Source: Rhizaria sp. SCN 62-66
Taxonomy: Eukaryota
Direction: 5' to 3'
DNA length: 20,000 nucleotides
Assembly: GCA_001724265.1 (NCBI GenBank)
Contig: MEDY01000141.1
Span: 55,312-75,311, forward strand
Under the pieces are notes generated by a model. It ran no database searches, had not been told where the DNA came from, and saw nothing but the letters and a program-made list of their open reading frames with translations. The translations under genes were made by a program, and so were the position numbers. Shown piece by piece: positions 19,906-20,000 of the stretch (the stretch's first letter is position 1; each line of letters opens with the position of its first letter).

Positions 19906-20000
19906 ATGTCTACCTCTGCTTCTGGTAAGGGCGGCAAGTCCGGCCGCGGCAAGGCTAAGTCCGCCACCAAGGCTCAGTCCCGCTCCTCCAAGGCTGGCCT
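19906..20000 (+). CDS. H2A: Histone H2A, 5' end (truncated by the window)
   Basis: ATG at 19906 gives MSTSASGKGGKSGRGKAKSATKAQSRSSKAG(L). SGKGGK and SRSSKAGL are hallmark H2A N-terminal motifs. Codon choice (AAG, TCC, GGC) is strongly biased. Not listed in the ORF track. Confidence 0.93.
   Translation, partial: MSTSASGKGGKSGRGKAKSATKAQSRSSKAG

Noticed and set aside
19758-19970. 70-aa minus-strand ORF
   Set aside because: Antisense to the clear H2A start.
1-20000. CRISPR array, tRNA (including a CUA-anticodon tRNA), transposase or prokaryotic operon
   Set aside because: No repeat-spacer periodicity, cloverleaf or transposase motifs were seen by eye; the gene content (cactin, H2A) is eukaryotic.

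Overview
Gene-dense, apparently intron-poor eukaryotic (protist-like) nuclear DNA. GC-rich coding regions full of Ala/Ser/Gln/Asn low-complexity tracts are separated by short AT-rich spacers. In order: the 3' part of a divergent Mediator subunit 1 (MED1)-like gene (+), an intronless cactin gene (+), a ~2,580-codon minus-strand coiled-coil gene that the ORF track splits into four pieces, a ~1,200-aa minus-strand protein with N-terminal hydrophobic helices, a ~2.2 kb unexplained spacer, and the 5' end of histone H2A (+). Main observation: the long minus-strand gene is one continuous frame broken only by three in-frame TAG codons and one scaffold N, while all four gene ends in the window are TAA. 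This suggests a variant nuclear code in which UAG is a sense codon (Gln or Leu) and UAA stays stop. Second observation: each of the four gene starts has a pyrimidine tract plus AG just upstream, consistent with 5'UTR introns or spliced-leader trans-splicing.
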